Shown here in pieces: positions 21,949 to 32,611 of a stretch of DNA of 64,000 nucleotides (its first letter is position 1; each line of letters begins with the position of its first letter). The position numbers and the translations under genes are program-made. The stretch is from an uncultured Actinomycetota bacterium (GTDB lineage: Bacteria; Actinomycetota; Actinomycetes; Mycobacteriales; Mycobacteriaceae). The stretch is from contig CAVYPI010000047.1 in assembly GCA_963770125.1 (NCBI GenBank), positions 10,206 to 74,205 on the forward strand, written 5' to 3'. Below the pieces are notes generated by a model. The model had not been told where the DNA came from. It was given only the letters and a program-made list of their open reading frames with translations, and made no database searches.

Positions 21949-23142
21949 TCAACCGTCCCGGAGTGGGTCCGCGTCCACCGGAACGACCGGCATGGCGATG
22001 AGCGGGAACAGCGCGCACACGGCGAACGCCGCTGGGTAACCGGCGACTCCGATCAACCCACCGAACAGCGGCGGGGCGATGCCGGCGGTGAGCAGCTGGC
22101 TCGTGTTCTGCGTGCCGAGCGCGCGGCCGCTCCAGAACGGCCCCGCGATCTCGGCGATCGCGGTGAACGCTAAGCCGTTGTCGGACACCGTGATCACCGA
22201 GGCGATCACCATCACCGCCACACTGACAGGGGAGTCGAGCCAGTCAGTTACAGCCAGCAGACCCATCGCCGCCGCTGCCGCCAGCGCGATGGTGCGGATC
22301 GGACGCAGTCGTGAACCCACAATGTCCGACCAGCGTCCCGCAGCGATTCGTCCACCGGCGCCCAATATCTGGGCGGCCGTCACCATCGCGCCCGCCGACG
22401 CCGCTGACCAGCCGCGGTCGCTCATCAGCCACACCAGCGTGAACGTCCACACCACGACCTGGGGAACCACCAGCAGAACCGACACGGCGTGGATGCGCCA
22501 CAACACGGATGACCCGCGGTACGGGTTGGCCAGATCGGCTTCGTCGGCCTCGTTACGCGGGGGCCGCGGCGGGTCGACCACCGCGGCCGCGCACACAACC
22601 GCGGACACCGCGCACACGACAGCGGGAAACAGGAGGGCCACCGAGACGCCGTGGCTTTCCGCGAGCCGCGGAATCACCAAGGCACCCAACCCGACTCCCA
22701 GCGGCTGTGCGGTCTGCCGAATGCCCATCACCAGGCCGCGCTGCTGTGGCGGAAACCATCCGACCACCAGTCGGCCGCTGGCCGAGTTGCTGCTGGCCGC
22801 CGCCATGCCGCCAAGCAACAGAAAGGCACCGACCGCGACGAGCGACTGCATCGACGCCGCTGCGAACGCCGCCGCCGCAGTCAGCGCCGAACCCAGTGCC
22901 AGCACGATCCGCTCGCCGATCCGGTCGACGATGTAGCCCCACGCGATCAGCGTCACGACCATTCCGAAACTGGGCATCGACGACAGCAGGCCGGCCTTCG
23001 CCAGATCCAGGCCGCGTTCGGTGTGCAGCGTCGGGATCAGGAACGCCGCGCCGTTGATGAAGACGTTCGCGCACAGCGTCGCGCTCAGTGCGATGACCAA
23101 CATCGACCAGCGACGTACGGCGCTGGTCGATTCAATGGACAC
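21949..23142 (-). CDS. MFS transporter (Rv2994-like)
   Basis: About 12 hydrophobic segments, WGYIVDRIGER motif A, GWFPPQQRGLVMGIRQ. Confidence 0.9.
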   Translation of the reverse strand: MSIESTSAVRRWSMLVIALSATLCANVFINGAAFLIPTLHTERGLDLAKAGLLSSMPSFGMVVTLIAWGYIVDRIGERIVLALGSALTAAAAFAAASMQSLVAVGAFLLLGGMAAASSNSASGRLVVGWFPPQQRGLVMGIRQTAQPLGVGLGALVIPRLAESHGVSVALLFPAVVCAVSAVVCAAAVVDPPRPPRNEADEADLANPYRGSSVLWRIHAVSVLLVVPQVVVWTFTLVWLMSDRGWSAASAGAMVTAAQILGAGGRIAAGRWSDIVGSRLRPIRTIALAAAAAMGLLAVTDWLDSPVSVAVMVIASVITVSDNGLAFTAIAEIAGPFWSGRALGTQNTSQLLTAGIAPPLFGGLIGVAGYPAAFAVCALFPLIAMPVVPVDADPLRDG

Positions 23143-23256
23143 GCGACCATCGTCGCACAGCCGTCTCAGAATGCTGAACTGACTTTCCATATAGTGAGAC
23201 GCACTCCAGCGGGGACTGGCCGTGGCCGCCGCGAGCACGGCCACTAGGCTGAGACC

Positions 23257-24042
23257 ATGCGCCTTGGTCGAATCGCCAGTCCCGACGGAGTTGCCTTCGT
23301 CACCATCGAAGGACCCACCGACGACCCGACACAGGCGATTGCGAGGGAAATCGCAGAGCACCCCTTTGGCGCACCCAACTTCACCGGTCGGCAGTGGCCG
23401 CTCGCTGACGTGCGCCTGCTGGCGCCCATCCTGGCGAGCAAGGTGGTCTGCATCGGCAAGAATTACGCCGCCCACGTCGAGGAGATGGGCGGCGGAGCGT
23501 TTCCCGATCCGGTGATCTTCATGAAGCCCAACACCGCGATCATCGGGCCGAACGGGCCGATCCAGCTGCCGGACGACGCCAACCCGGTGCATTTCGAGGG
23601 CGAACTGGCTGCGGTGATCGGACGACCCTGTAAGGACGTTCCTGCCGCGCGTGCCGCCGAGAACATCCTCGGCTACACGATCGGCAATGACGTGACAGCG
23701 CGCGACCAACAGAAGAAGGACGGCCAGTGGACCCGCGCCAAGGGCTACGACACGTTCTGCCCGGTCGGCCCGTGGATCGTCACCGACGTCGACCCATCCG
23801 ACCTTGACATCCGCACCGAGGTCAACGGTGAGGTCAAGCAACACAGCCGGACCTCGCTGATGATCCATGACATCGGTGCGATCGTCGAGTGGATCTCGGC
23901 GGTGATGACGCTGCTGCCCGGCGACCTGATCCTCACCGGCACGCCTGAGGGAGTCGGCCCGATCGAGGATGGCGACACCGTCAGCATTACCATCGAGGGC
24001 ATCGGGACGTTGACTAATCCTGTTGTCCGCAAAGGAAAGTGA
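23257..24042 (+). CDS. Fumarylacetoacetate hydrolase family protein (Rv2993c-like)
   Basis: [47 protein letters not shown]. Confidence 0.93.
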   Translation: MRLGRIASPDGVAFVTIEGPTDDPTQAIAREIAEHPFGAPNFTGRQWPLADVRLLAPILASKVVCIGKNYAAHVEEMGGGAFPDPVIFMKPNTAIIGPNGPIQLPDDANPVHFEGELAAVIGRPCKDVPAARAAENILGYTIGNDVTARDQQKKDGQWTRAKGYDTFCPVGPWIVTDVDPSDLDIRTEVNGEVKQHSRTSLMIHDIGAIVEWISAVMTLLPGDLILTGTPEGVGPIEDGDTVSITIEGIGTLTNPVVRKGK

Positions 24043-25568
24043 TGACGACCGCGCACGCGAGGAGCGAAAGAACGACAGCGCACGCGAGGAGCGAAAAGAA
24101 CATACGAGTTCGGTTCTGCCCGTCGCCCACAGGCACGCCACATGTTGGCCTGATCCGCACCGCGTTGTTCAATTGGGCCTACGCCCGCCACACCGGTGGG
24201 ACGTTCGTGTTCCGGCTGGAAGACACCGACGCCGAACGCGACAGCGAGGAAAGCTACCTGGCGCTTCTTGACGCGCTGAGCTGGCTCGGGCTGAATTACG
24301 ACGAGGGTCCCGACATCGGTGGGCCGCATGCACCCTATCGGCAGTCCGAGCGCGGCGAGATCTATCGCGACGTAGTGCAGCGGTTGCTGGACGGCGGCGA
24401 GGCGTATGAGGCGTTCTCGACGCCGGAGGAAGTCGAGGCGCGGCATGTGGCCGCGGGCCGAAATCCCAAGCTGGGCTACGACAACTTCGACCGTGACCTC
24501 ACCGACGCCCAGCGCGCCGCATTTGTCGCCGAGGGACGCAAGCCCGTGGTGCGCCTGCGGATGCCCGACGCGGACATCTCATGGCACGACCTGGTGCGCG
24601 GTGACACCACCTTCGCCGCGGGCACCGTCCCGGACTTCGCGCTGACACGGGCGAGCGGAGATCCGTTGTACACCTTGGTCAATCCGGTCGACGACGCATT
24701 GATGAAGATCACCCACGTGCTTCGCGGCGAGGACATCCTGCCGTCGACCCCGCGTCAGATCGCGCTGTACCAAGCGCTTATTCGCCTTGGCTTGGCCGAA
24801 TGGGTGCCCGAGTTCGCGCACTTGCCAAGTGTTCTCGGGGACGGCAATAAGAAGCTGTCCAAACGGGACCCGCAGTCGAACTTGTTTATGCACCGCGAGC
24901 GCGGCTTCATCCCCGAGGGGCTGCTGAACTACCTGGCACTGCTGGGCTGGGGTATCGCGGAGGATCGCGATGTCTTCAGCCTCGACGAGATGGTCGCGGC
25001 TTTCGACGTCGCCGACGTCAACTCCAATCCGGCGCGCTTCGACCAGAAAAAGGCCGACGCGCTCAACGCCGAACACATCCGGCTGCTGAGCGAAGAGGAC
25101 TTCACGGAACGGCTGCGCGCGTACTTTGCGGCCCACGGTCACGACACCGACCTCGACGACACGCAATTCGCGGAGGCGGCCCGCCTGGTACAGACTCGAA
25201 TCGTCGTGCTGGGTGACGCGTGGGACCTGCTGAAGTTCCTCAACGACCGCGAGTTCACGCTTGACGAGAAGGCGGCCGCCAAGGAGCTGCGCGGCGATGC
25301 GGCTGCGGTGCTCGACGCCGCGCTCGCCGCGCTCGAGGACGTCGGGGAGTGGACGACGGCGAAGATCGAAATAGCGCTGAAGGTCGCGTTGCTGGAAAAG
25401 CTCGCGCTCAAGCCGCGCAAGGCCTTCGGCCCGATCCGGGTGGCCGCCACGGGTGCGTCGATCAGCCCGCCGCTGTTCGAGTCGCTGGAGCTGCTCGGCC
25501 GTGATCGCACCCTGCGTCGGCTGCGCGCGGGGCGGGACCGTGCCGCCGCTTCCGAGGCCGAGGCGTGA
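24042..25568 (+). CDS. gltX: Glutamyl-tRNA synthetase
   Basis: [26 protein letters not shown]. Confidence 0.97.
   Translation: MTTAHARSERTTAHARSEKNIRVRFCPSPTGTPHVGLIRTALFNWAYARHTGGTFVFRLEDTDAERDSEESYLALLDALSWLGLNYDEGPDIGGPHAPYRQSERGEIYRDVVQRLLDGGEAYEAFSTPEEVEARHVAAGRNPKLGYDNFDRDLTDAQRAAFVAEGRKPVVRLRMPDADISWHDLVRGDTTFAAGTVPDFALTRASGDPLYTLVNPVDDALMKITHVLRGEDILPSTPRQIALYQALIRLGLAEWVPEFAHLPSVLGDGNKKLSKRDPQSNLFMHRERGFIPEGLLNYLALLGWGIAEDRDVFSLDEMVAAFDVADVNSNPARFDQKKADALNAEHIRLLSEEDFTERLRAYFAAHGHDTDLDDTQFAEAARLVQTRIVVLGDAWDLLKFLNDREFTLDEKAAAKELRGDAAAVLDAALAALEDVGEWTTAKIEIALKVALLEKLALKPRKAFGPIRVAATGASISPPLFESLELLGRDRTLRRLRAGRDRAAASEAEA
24045..24098 (+). repeat. Two 27-nt in-frame tandem copies at the gltX N-terminus
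   Basis: ACGACCGCGCACGCGAGGAGCGAAAGA / ACGACAGCGCACGCGAGGAGCGAAAAG, encoding [18 protein letters not shown]. Confidence 0.88.
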
Positions 25569-25685
25569 GAAGGCATCCGGGAATCTTTGGTAGTCTGCAC
25601 GTCGGCCCGATTCAACAGGCGGCGGGAACTTCCCACCGGCGTGACGGCGCCAAAAGGCCTGTGACCTGCGGTTACAGGCAGCCAA

Positions 25686-25757
25686 TGGGGTATGGTGTAA
25701 TTGGCAACACAGCTGATTCTGGTTCAGCCATTCTAGGTTCGAGTCCTGGTACCCCAG
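25686..25757 (+). tRNA. tRNA-Gln (anticodon CTG)
   Basis: TGGGGTA/TACCCCA acceptor stem, GCTGA-TTCTGGT-TCAGC anticodon arm, GGTTCGAGTCC T-arm. Confidence 0.97.
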
Positions 25758-25847
25758 CGACGAGCGCTCGCGCGAGGAGCCATCCCAGCCGGGCTGTAGT
25801 GGATTAGGTCGGCATAGTCGTGTGCGTTATGCTGGCACTTCGGTTCT

Positions 25848-25920
25848 GGCCCCGTCGTCTAGCGGCCTAGGACGCCGCCCTCTCACGGCGGTAGCGTGGG
25901 TTCGAATCCCATCGGGGCTA
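25848..25920 (+). tRNA. tRNA-Glu (anticodon CTC)
   Basis: GGCCCCG/CGGGGCT acceptor stem, CCGCC-CTCTCAC-GGCGG anticodon arm, GGTTCGAATCC T-arm. Confidence 0.97.
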
Positions 25921-25960
25921 CAAATCGTTTCAAAGCAGGTGTTTACCTGCCGTGTCCGCG

Positions 25961-26915
25961 TCACGTGGGCGTCAGCGTAAATGGCAACCAGTACGTTCCC
26001 GCACCATCGCCGGGGCACCCCGGTCCGATGACGGTGAAAGTGCGGTTCCGCGCGGTGGCGTTGAGCTGTTGGAAGGCCGGGTCGGCACGCAACCCGGCTT
26101 CGTCGGCGTCGCTTTGCGTCGTCCAGATCAGCACATCGGCGGTGTTGAGAATCGGCACTATCTGGTCCCGCGGAATGAACGCACGATGATCGTCGAACGT
26201 GAACGCGTCGATGCTGTCGGGAATCCGGAAGCCCATCTGTGTCAGGAAATCAGTGCGCCACCCGGGCAGCGTGGCCCCCACTTTGTCCTCCCAGAGTGTG
26301 CCTTGCAGCAGGAGCGCGTTCCTGCCGCGGAACTGCGGATTGGCCTTGGCCACGCTGCTGAACCTGTTGTCGGCCGCAGTGATCAGCGACTGCATCTTGT
26401 CGGGCTGGAATGTCGCTTGGCCGATGGTGGTGGCCTGGGTCTTCCATGACTCGAAGAAAGGCGCCTCGCCGGCCTGCGGGATCGTCGGCGCGATCGCCGA
26501 CAACCGGTTGTAACTGTCCTGATCCACGCCGGCATTGATGGCAACGACGAGGTCAGGCTGCAGTGCGGCGATCCGGTCGAACTGCAGGCCTCCGTCGTAG
26601 ATGCTCAGCACCTCCGGTTGGGCGCCGCCCAACTTCGACTGTGCCCACGGCCACACGTCGAATGGCTCGTCGCCCCACCATGTTGTGACGGCGACGGGTA
26701 CGACACCAACGGCGAGCAGGTCATCCTGCTCGGTGAAACCGGCACTAACCACTCGATTCGGAGCTGCCGGAATTGTGGTCTGTCCGAAGCGATGTTGGAT
26801 CGTCACCGGCCCACTGGTGGGTGCGCCAGTTGCCACGCCGGAGTTCCGCACACTGACCGAGCAGCAGTCCCGTAGCGCCGGCCGCGCCAAGAAAACGGCG
26901 TCTGTTGATGTCCAC
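25961..26915 (-). pseudogene. Iron-siderophore ABC substrate-binding protein (FecB-like), frameshifted, with a divergent C-terminus
   Basis: VTIQHRFGQTTIPAAPNRVVSAG, IAALQPDLV, LSAIAPTI; Tat-like MDINRRRFLG from GTG at 26915 is out of frame with the body. Confidence 0.65.
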
Positions 26916-27013
26916 GGCGCGAGCGTAGCCCGCGAATTGAGGCCGGGATGGCTATCAGCAAATTAATTCACGCCGACGCGAGTTTACTGGCCGTGGCGCG
27001 GACTGTTCGGCGG

Positions 27014-27715
27014 TTACAGCCGGCGGGCCAGTGCGTCGGCAGCGGCCAAAAGGTCGGCGGCCCAACGTACGCCCGGCCGGCGGCCCATCCGGTCGATCGG
27101 CCCGGACACCGACACCGCGGCGATCACGGCACCTCGGCCGTCGCGCACCGGCGCCGAGACGCTGGCCACGCCGGGTTCACGCTCTGCGGCGCTCTGCGCC
27201 CACCCACGCTTGCGCACTTCGGCAAGGGCTCGATCAGTGAACATCGCCGCCGGCAGCACCGCCTGTTGTGTCGCGGCGTCCGCGTAGGCCAGCAGCACCT
27301 TGGCGCCCGACCCCGCCGTCATCGGCAGCCGGGTTCCGACCGGAACCGTATCGCGAAGTCCGGCAGGCGGTTCCAGCGCTGCGACGCAGATTCGCCACGT
27401 GCCCTCGCGGCGGTATAGCTGCACGCTCTCTCCGGTGATCTCCCGCAGCCGCGGAAGCACCACCGCGCCGGCAGCCAGCAGCGGATCGTTGACCTGCCCG
27501 GCCAATTCGGTCAGGGCAGGACCCAGCCGCCACCGCCCGTCCCCGTTGCGGTTCAGCAACCGGTGCACTTCCAGGCCCGCGGCCAGCCGGTGCGCGGTCG
27601 CGCGCGGCAGGCCGGTGCGCTCGCAGAGTTCGGCCAGCCCGCACGGCGAGTCGGCCACCGCGTGCAGTACACCCACCGCTTTGTCCAGCACGCCGATGCC
27701 GCTATCCTGTCTCAC
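27014..27715 (-). CDS. IclR family regulator (Rv2989/NdgR-like)
   Basis: SGIGVLDKAV, GLPRATAHRLA, GSGAKVLLA, EREPGVASVSAPV; divergent from leuC. Confidence 0.94.
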   Translation of the reverse strand: MRQDSGIGVLDKAVGVLHAVADSPCGLAELCERTGLPRATAHRLAAGLEVHRLLNRNGDGRWRLGPALTELAGQVNDPLLAAGAVVLPRLREITGESVQLYRREGTWRICVAALEPPAGLRDTVPVGTRLPMTAGSGAKVLLAYADAATQQAVLPAAMFTDRALAEVRKRGWAQSAAEREPGVASVSAPVRDGRGAVIAAVSVSGPIDRMGRRPGVRWAADLLAAADALARRL

Positions 27716-27754
27716 AAGGAGATACTAACGTCCCAGATTGTGAGATAGTCAAGG

Positions 27755-29188
27755 ATGAACACCGTCGACACGCCGCGCACCATGGCAGAGAAGGTGTGGG
27801 CTGACCACGTCGTCGCCCACGGCACGGGCGAGGGCGCTGCGCGCGAGCCCGATCTGATCTACATCGACCTGCACCTCGTGCACGAGGTGACCAGCCCGCA
27901 GGCCTTCGACGGTCTCCGGCTCAATGGGCGCACGGTGCGCAGGCCCGACCTCACTATCGCCACCGAGGATCACAACGTGCCGACGATCGACATCGACAAG
28001 CCGATCGCCGACCCGATCTCGCGCACCCAGGTCGAGACGCTGCGCCGCAATTGCGAAGAGTTCGGCATCCGGCTGCACTCGATGGGCGACGCCGAACAAG
28101 GCATCGTGCACATCATCGGGCCGCAGTTGGGACTGACACAGCCCGGCATGACAGTGGTGTGCGGAGACAGCCACACCTCAACCCACGGCGCATTCGGCGC
28201 GCTCGCGATGGGCATCGGCACATCCGAGGTCGAACATGTGCTCGCCACGCAGACCTTGCCGCTGCGTCCGTTCAAGACCATGGCGGTCAACGTCGACGGC
28301 CAGCTGCCGCCCGGTGTCAGCGCTAAGGACATCATCCTCGCGGTGATCGCGAAAATCGGCACCGGCGGGGGACAGGGCCACGTCATCGAATACCGCGGCA
28401 GGGCCATCGAATCGCTGTCGATGGAGGGCCGGATGACGATCTGCAACATGAGCATCGAGGCCGGGGCCCGCGCCGGCATGGTGGCGCCTGACGAAACCAC
28501 TTTCGAATTTCTGCACGGGCGTCCGCACGCGCCGAAGGGAGCAGACTGGGATGCGGCGGTCGCCGCGTGGACTCGACTGCGCACTGACGAGGGCGCTGAA
28601 TTCGACACCGAGGTGTACCTCGACGCCTCGACGCTGAGCCCGTTCGTCACCTGGGGCACCAATCCCGGGCAGGGTGTGCCGCTGTCGGGTTCGGTCCCTG
28701 ATCCCGAGCTGATGTTCGACGACGCCGTGCGGCAGTCGGCCGAAAAGGCGTTGGCGTACATGGATCTTCGGCCCGGCACGGCGATGCGTGACATCGCGGT
28801 GGACACCGTTTTCGTCGGGTCGTGCACGAACGGAAGGATCGAGGATCTGCGTGTCGTCGCGGATGTCCTGCGCGACCGCAAGGTCGCCGACGGCGTGCGG
28901 ATGCTGATCGTGCCCGGCTCGATGCGTGTGCGCGCGCAGGCCGAATCCGAAGGCCTCGGCGAGATCTTCGCCGCCGCCGGGGCGGAGTGGCGCCAGGCCG
29001 GCTGCTCGATGTGCCTCGGCATGAATCCGGACCAACTGTCGCCGGGACAGCGCTGCGCGTCGACGTCCAACCGCAATTTCGAGGGCAGGCAGGGCAAGGG
29101 TGGCCGCACCCATCTGGTGTCGCCTGCGGTCGCCGCCGCCACCGCGGTGCGGGGCACGTTGTCGTCACCCGCCGACCTCACTCAGTAG
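27755..29188 (+). CDS. leuC: 3-isopropylmalate dehydratase large subunit
   Basis: [41 protein letters not shown]. Confidence 0.97.
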   Translation: MNTVDTPRTMAEKVWADHVVAHGTGEGAAREPDLIYIDLHLVHEVTSPQAFDGLRLNGRTVRRPDLTIATEDHNVPTIDIDKPIADPISRTQVETLRRNCEEFGIRLHSMGDAEQGIVHIIGPQLGLTQPGMTVVCGDSHTSTHGAFGALAMGIGTSEVEHVLATQTLPLRPFKTMAVNVDGQLPPGVSAKDIILAVIAKIGTGGGQGHVIEYRGRAIESLSMEGRMTICNMSIEAGARAGMVAPDETTFEFLHGRPHAPKGADWDAAVAAWTRLRTDEGAEFDTEVYLDASTLSPFVTWGTNPGQGVPLSGSVPDPELMFDDAVRQSAEKALAYMDLRPGTAMRDIAVDTVFVGSCTNGRIEDLRVVADVLRDRKVADGVRMLIVPGSMRVRAQAESEGLGEIFAAAGAEWRQAGCSMCLGMNPDQLSPGQRCASTSNRNFEGRQGKGGRTHLVSPAVAAATAVRGTLSSPADLTQ

Positions 29189-29199
29189 AGGAGACCGTC

Positions 29200-29793
29200 A
29201 TGGAAGCTTTCCGCACTCACACGGGCATCGGCGTTCCATTGCGCCGCTCGAATGTCGACACCGACCAGATCATTCCGGCCGTCTATTTGAAGCGGGTCAC
29301 CCGAACGGGTTTCGAGGATGGGCTGTTCGCGGCGTGGCGCACCGATCCCTCGTTCGTTCTGAATCTGCCCCCCTTCGACAAGGGCTCGGTTTTGGTCGCC
29401 GGGCCGGATTTCGGTACCGGTTCGTCGCGCGAGCATGCCGTCTGGGCGCTGATGGACTTCGGCTTCAGGGTGGTTATCTCGTCCAGATTCGCCGATATTT
29501 TTCGCGGCAACGCGGGCAAGGCGGGGCTCTTGGCGGCCGAAGTCGCTCAAGATGATGTAGAACTCCTGTGGAAGCTCATCGAGCAGCATCCGGGGATGGA
29601 AATCACTGTGAATCTTCAAGATCGGAATATCCTCGCGGGAACGGTCATGGTGCCGTTCAACATTGACGACTATACCGCCTGGCGATTGCTCTCCGGACTC
29701 GACGATATAGGCCTTACGCTGCGGAAACTCGATGAAATCGAGTCCTACGAGGCGGGTCGGCCAGACTGGAAACCGCGCACTCTGCCGGCCTGA
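29200..29793 (+). CDS. leuD: 3-isopropylmalate dehydratase small subunit
   Basis: [24 protein letters not shown]. Confidence 0.97.
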   Translation: MEAFRTHTGIGVPLRRSNVDTDQIIPAVYLKRVTRTGFEDGLFAAWRTDPSFVLNLPPFDKGSVLVAGPDFGTGSSREHAVWALMDFGFRVVISSRFADIFRGNAGKAGLLAAEVAQDDVELLWKLIEQHPGMEITVNLQDRNILAGTVMVPFNIDDYTAWRLLSGLDDIGLTLRKLDEIESYEAGRPDWKPRTLPA

Positions 29794-29996
29794 CGAATGG
29801 GCCCGGCGAGCCGAAATCGTCACCCTTTAACCCGCTTCTCGGGGCCCTCGGCAGGAGGCCAAGGGGGGCAAGCGGATTGCCGAAAAGTTCGCCAGCTACG
29901 GCTGAAATTGCGCGTGGCTCTTGGAAATCAGTGGGCAATGGGTTTACCGTGTCCTCTAGTCGGTCCAAAGAGGGCCACTGGTTTCGGAGGTTTTGC

Positions 29997-30626
29997 ATGA
30001 ACAAAGCGGAGCTCATCGACGTACTCACGGAGAAATTGGGCTCGGATCGTCGGCAAGCAACCGCGGCGGTGGAGAATGTAGTCGACACCATCGTGCGTGC
30101 GGTTCATAAGGGTGACAGTGTCACCATTACAGGCTTCGGCGTATTCGAGCAGCGCCGTCGCGCCGCCCGCGTCGCGCGTAATCCGCGCACCGGCGAGACG
30201 GTGAAAGTTAAGCCCACCTCCGTGCCGGCGTTTCGACCCGGCGCTCAATTCAAAGCGGTTGTCTCTGGGGCACAGCGCCTCCCGGCGGAAGGACCAGCAG
30301 TGAAACGTGGCGTAACGGCGGGCACCGGCGCCCGGAAGGCCGTCAGGAAAGCGGCCGTGAAGAAGGCAGTCAAGCGGGCTGCCGTCAAGCAGGCCGTGAA
30401 GAAGGCTGCCGTCAAGAAGGCAGTCAAGCGGACCGCCGTCAAGAAGGCCGTGAAGAAGGCCGCTGTCAAGAAGGCAGTCAAGCGGACCGCTGTCAAGAAG
30501 GCAGTCAAGAAGGCCGCAGTCAAGAAGGCCGTGAAGAAGGCGCCGGCTCGCAAGGCTGCCGTGAAGAAGGCCGCCGTCGCCAAGAAGACCGCGCGCAAGG
30601 CTCCGGCCAAGCGCGGCCGTCGGTAG
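29997..30626 (+). CDS. hupB: Histone-like DNA-binding protein HupB/Hlp
   Basis: [10 protein letters not shown]...[22 protein letters not shown] plus a Lys/Ala-rich tail; GGAGG RBS. Confidence 0.96.
   Translation: MNKAELIDVLTEKLGSDRRQATAAVENVVDTIVRAVHKGDSVTITGFGVFEQRRRAARVARNPRTGETVKVKPTSVPAFRPGAQFKAVVSGAQRLPAEGPAVKRGVTAGTGARKAVRKAAVKKAVKRAAVKQAVKKAAVKKAVKRTAVKKAVKKAAVKKAVKRTAVKKAVKKAAVKKAVKKAPARKAAVKKAAVAKKTARKAPAKRGRR
30335..30580 (+). repeat. Degenerate 27/54-nt coding tandem repeat in the hupB tail
   Basis: Repeated GCCGTCAAGAAGGCAGTCAAG-type units encoding AVKKAVK(K/R)(A/T). Confidence 0.85.
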
Positions 30627-30630
30627 GTTT

Positions 30631-30682
30631 CGACGTCGGGCACGCCGTGGGTCACCGCGACCCGCGGCGCGTCCGTGTGTCG
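30631..30682 (+). terminator. GC-rich hairpin after hupB
   Basis: CGCCGTGGGTC-accgc-GACCCGCGGCG core with extended pairing. Confidence 0.55.
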
Positions 30683-30691
30683 TGAGTTCGG

Positions 30692-31586
30692 CTAGGCCGC
30701 TTCGGACTCCACGACCGACACAGGACAGACGGTGGGGATTACCCGCGTACTGCGGAAACCGGCGCGGTTCAGCAGCTGCGTGTACTCCGCTTCCTTTCCG
30801 GTGCCGGCGACCAACATTTTCAGATCGAGCAGTTTGGACAGATGCTCGCGATCGTCGTCGGGTATCACGGTTTCGACCACCAGCAGTTTGGCCTTGGCAG
30901 GCATGGCATTGCGGACATTGCGCAAAATTTCGAGCACTTTGGATTCATCCCAGTCATGCACGATGCGCTTGAGCGCATAGGCCTCACCACCCGACGGCAC
31001 CGATTCGAAGAAAGACCCGCCGACCAACGTGGTGCGATACGCCACGCCTGCCGCGTCGAGAACCGCAGGCGCTCCCTCGGCGTCGAACAGGATTCCCCGC
31101 GACTGAGGGGTTTTCCGCGGAATGGCAGGGAGCAGCCAGCCGTGTCCGCCGCCGACGTCGACGATGGTGGCGAAACCTGAGAAGTCGTACGCCGCAAGCA
31201 CCGGCTCGATTTCCGATTCCGACGCGCTGGTCATGCCCTCGTTGAAGATGGCGGCGAATTCAAGGTTTTGGTCGACGAAGTCGAATATCGACTTGCCGCC
31301 CAATGCGTCGACGCTCGGCAGGCAGGTCTGCACCGAGTAGGGCAACTGGCCCCAATGCTCCCAGCGTACGGATGCCCGAAGAACAAGACGACGCCACGCA
31401 CGGATGCGGGTGCGTCGGCGGGCAAGGCATCGCCATCGGTGTCAGCCCGTACCGGCCGTCTGCATGCTGAGTGAAAAGTCCTCGGCTGGCGAGCATCCGG
31501 AGCAGGCGGTGTACCGCGTCCGGGTTGGCGTCGACGGCGCGCGCGACGCGAGCAGGTGGCAGTTTGGACGGTTTCTCGGCGGTCAT
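30692..31586 (-). pseudogene. Degraded SAM-dependent O-methyltransferase (dimerisation plus Methyltransf_2 type)
   Basis: AVHRLLRMLASRGLF, IVDVGGGHG, GSFFESVP, LKRIVHDWD spread over three frames, with apparent multi-codon deletions. Confidence 0.82.
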
Positions 31587-31631
31587 CGAGAACGCCTCTG
31601 GGTCCGCCCGGCGGATCAAATGCCGGGGCGT

Positions 31632-32561
31632 TTACTTCCTCGCGGCCAGCGGGCTGCCGATGTGGTCGGCGGCGACCAAGCGTCCGTCGGCCAACGACAT
31701 CACCCACGTGCTGCCCTTGCGGTTACGCGACTTGTCCGGGCGGACCCCATCGCGCTCGCACCACCACGCGATCAGATCGGGAATAACCTCCCCCTGCGTG
31801 CAGATCACCGGGGTGCCTCCAGCGGCGGCGATCTCGAGAATGCGACGCCGGGCGGCCTTGCGGTTGTCCGAATACGCTTCCGCGGTCAGCGGCGGCTCGT
31901 TGTGAATGGTCGTGCCCAGTTCCTCGGCCAGGGGTTCGAGCGTCTGATCGCAGCGCACGCGGTCGGCGGCGTGCAACACGTTGGCACCGAATGCGAGCAA
32001 CACTCCGACGAGCGACTCGGCCTGCGCGCGGCCGTGCTTATCCAATGGCCGCTTCCGGTCGTCGCCCTTGTAGCGGGACTTGCTGCCGGCCGTCCCGTGG
32101 CGCACGATCAGAACCGTCTGCGTGTCGACGGGGTATTTTACGAAGCGGCGCAACACTTTTCGATCGTGCGGATATCCGAGTTGCTTCATCGCCTCGGCAA
32201 CGGGCAGCCATTTGAGCTCGTCGACTTCGGCGTTGGGACTGAACTCACCGTCGACACAGCGGGCCGCCCAGTAGCGCACCTTCTTGATGTCCTGTTCCAC
32301 GGGGTAGCTGACCGCGGCGAGCCGACGGCCGAGGTGCGACGAGTACCCGGTCTCCTCGTGCACCTCGCGTACGGCGGTGACAGGTTCGGTCTCGCCGGGG
32401 TCGACCTTGCCCTTGGGGAGCGACCAATCGTCGTAGCGCGGACGGTGAATGACAGCGATCTCCGGCGTGGCGGGTTGTCCATTGGATCGCCACAGCACTG
32501 CCCCGGCAGCGAGAACGGCCCTACTCGCCGGGACCGCCTTTAGCGGAAGCTCCTTCGGCAC
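31632..32561 (-). CDS. mutT1: 8-oxo-(d)GTP phosphatase MutT1 (Nudix plus histidine phosphatase domains)
   Basis: [12 protein letters not shown]...[10 protein letters not shown] Nudix box; VRHG motif. Confidence 0.94.
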   Translation of the reverse strand: MPKELPLKAVPASRAVLAAGAVLWRSNGQPATPEIAVIHRPRYDDWSLPKGKVDPGETEPVTAVREVHEETGYSSHLGRRLAAVSYPVEQDIKKVRYWAARCVDGEFSPNAEVDELKWLPVAEAMKQLGYPHDRKVLRRFVKYPVDTQTVLIVRHGTAGSKSRYKGDDRKRPLDKHGRAQAESLVGVLLAFGANVLHAADRVRCDQTLEPLAEELGTTIHNEPPLTAEAYSDNRKAARRRILEIAAAGGTPVICTQGEVIPDLIAWWCERDGVRPDKSRNRKGSTWVMSLADGRLVAADHIGSPLAARK

Positions 32562-32611
32562 CTCAACTCCTGCAGGTCATCCGGAGCCGTCGGTGGGCGC
32601 CACGCCGCTCG

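Noticed and set aside
25848-26000. Integrated element at tRNA-Glu
   Set aside because: No integrase and no duplicated tRNA 3' end seen in the window
30335-30580. Regular repeat array as a possible CRISPR
   Set aside because: In-frame coding repeat in hupB; no unique spacers and no cas genes
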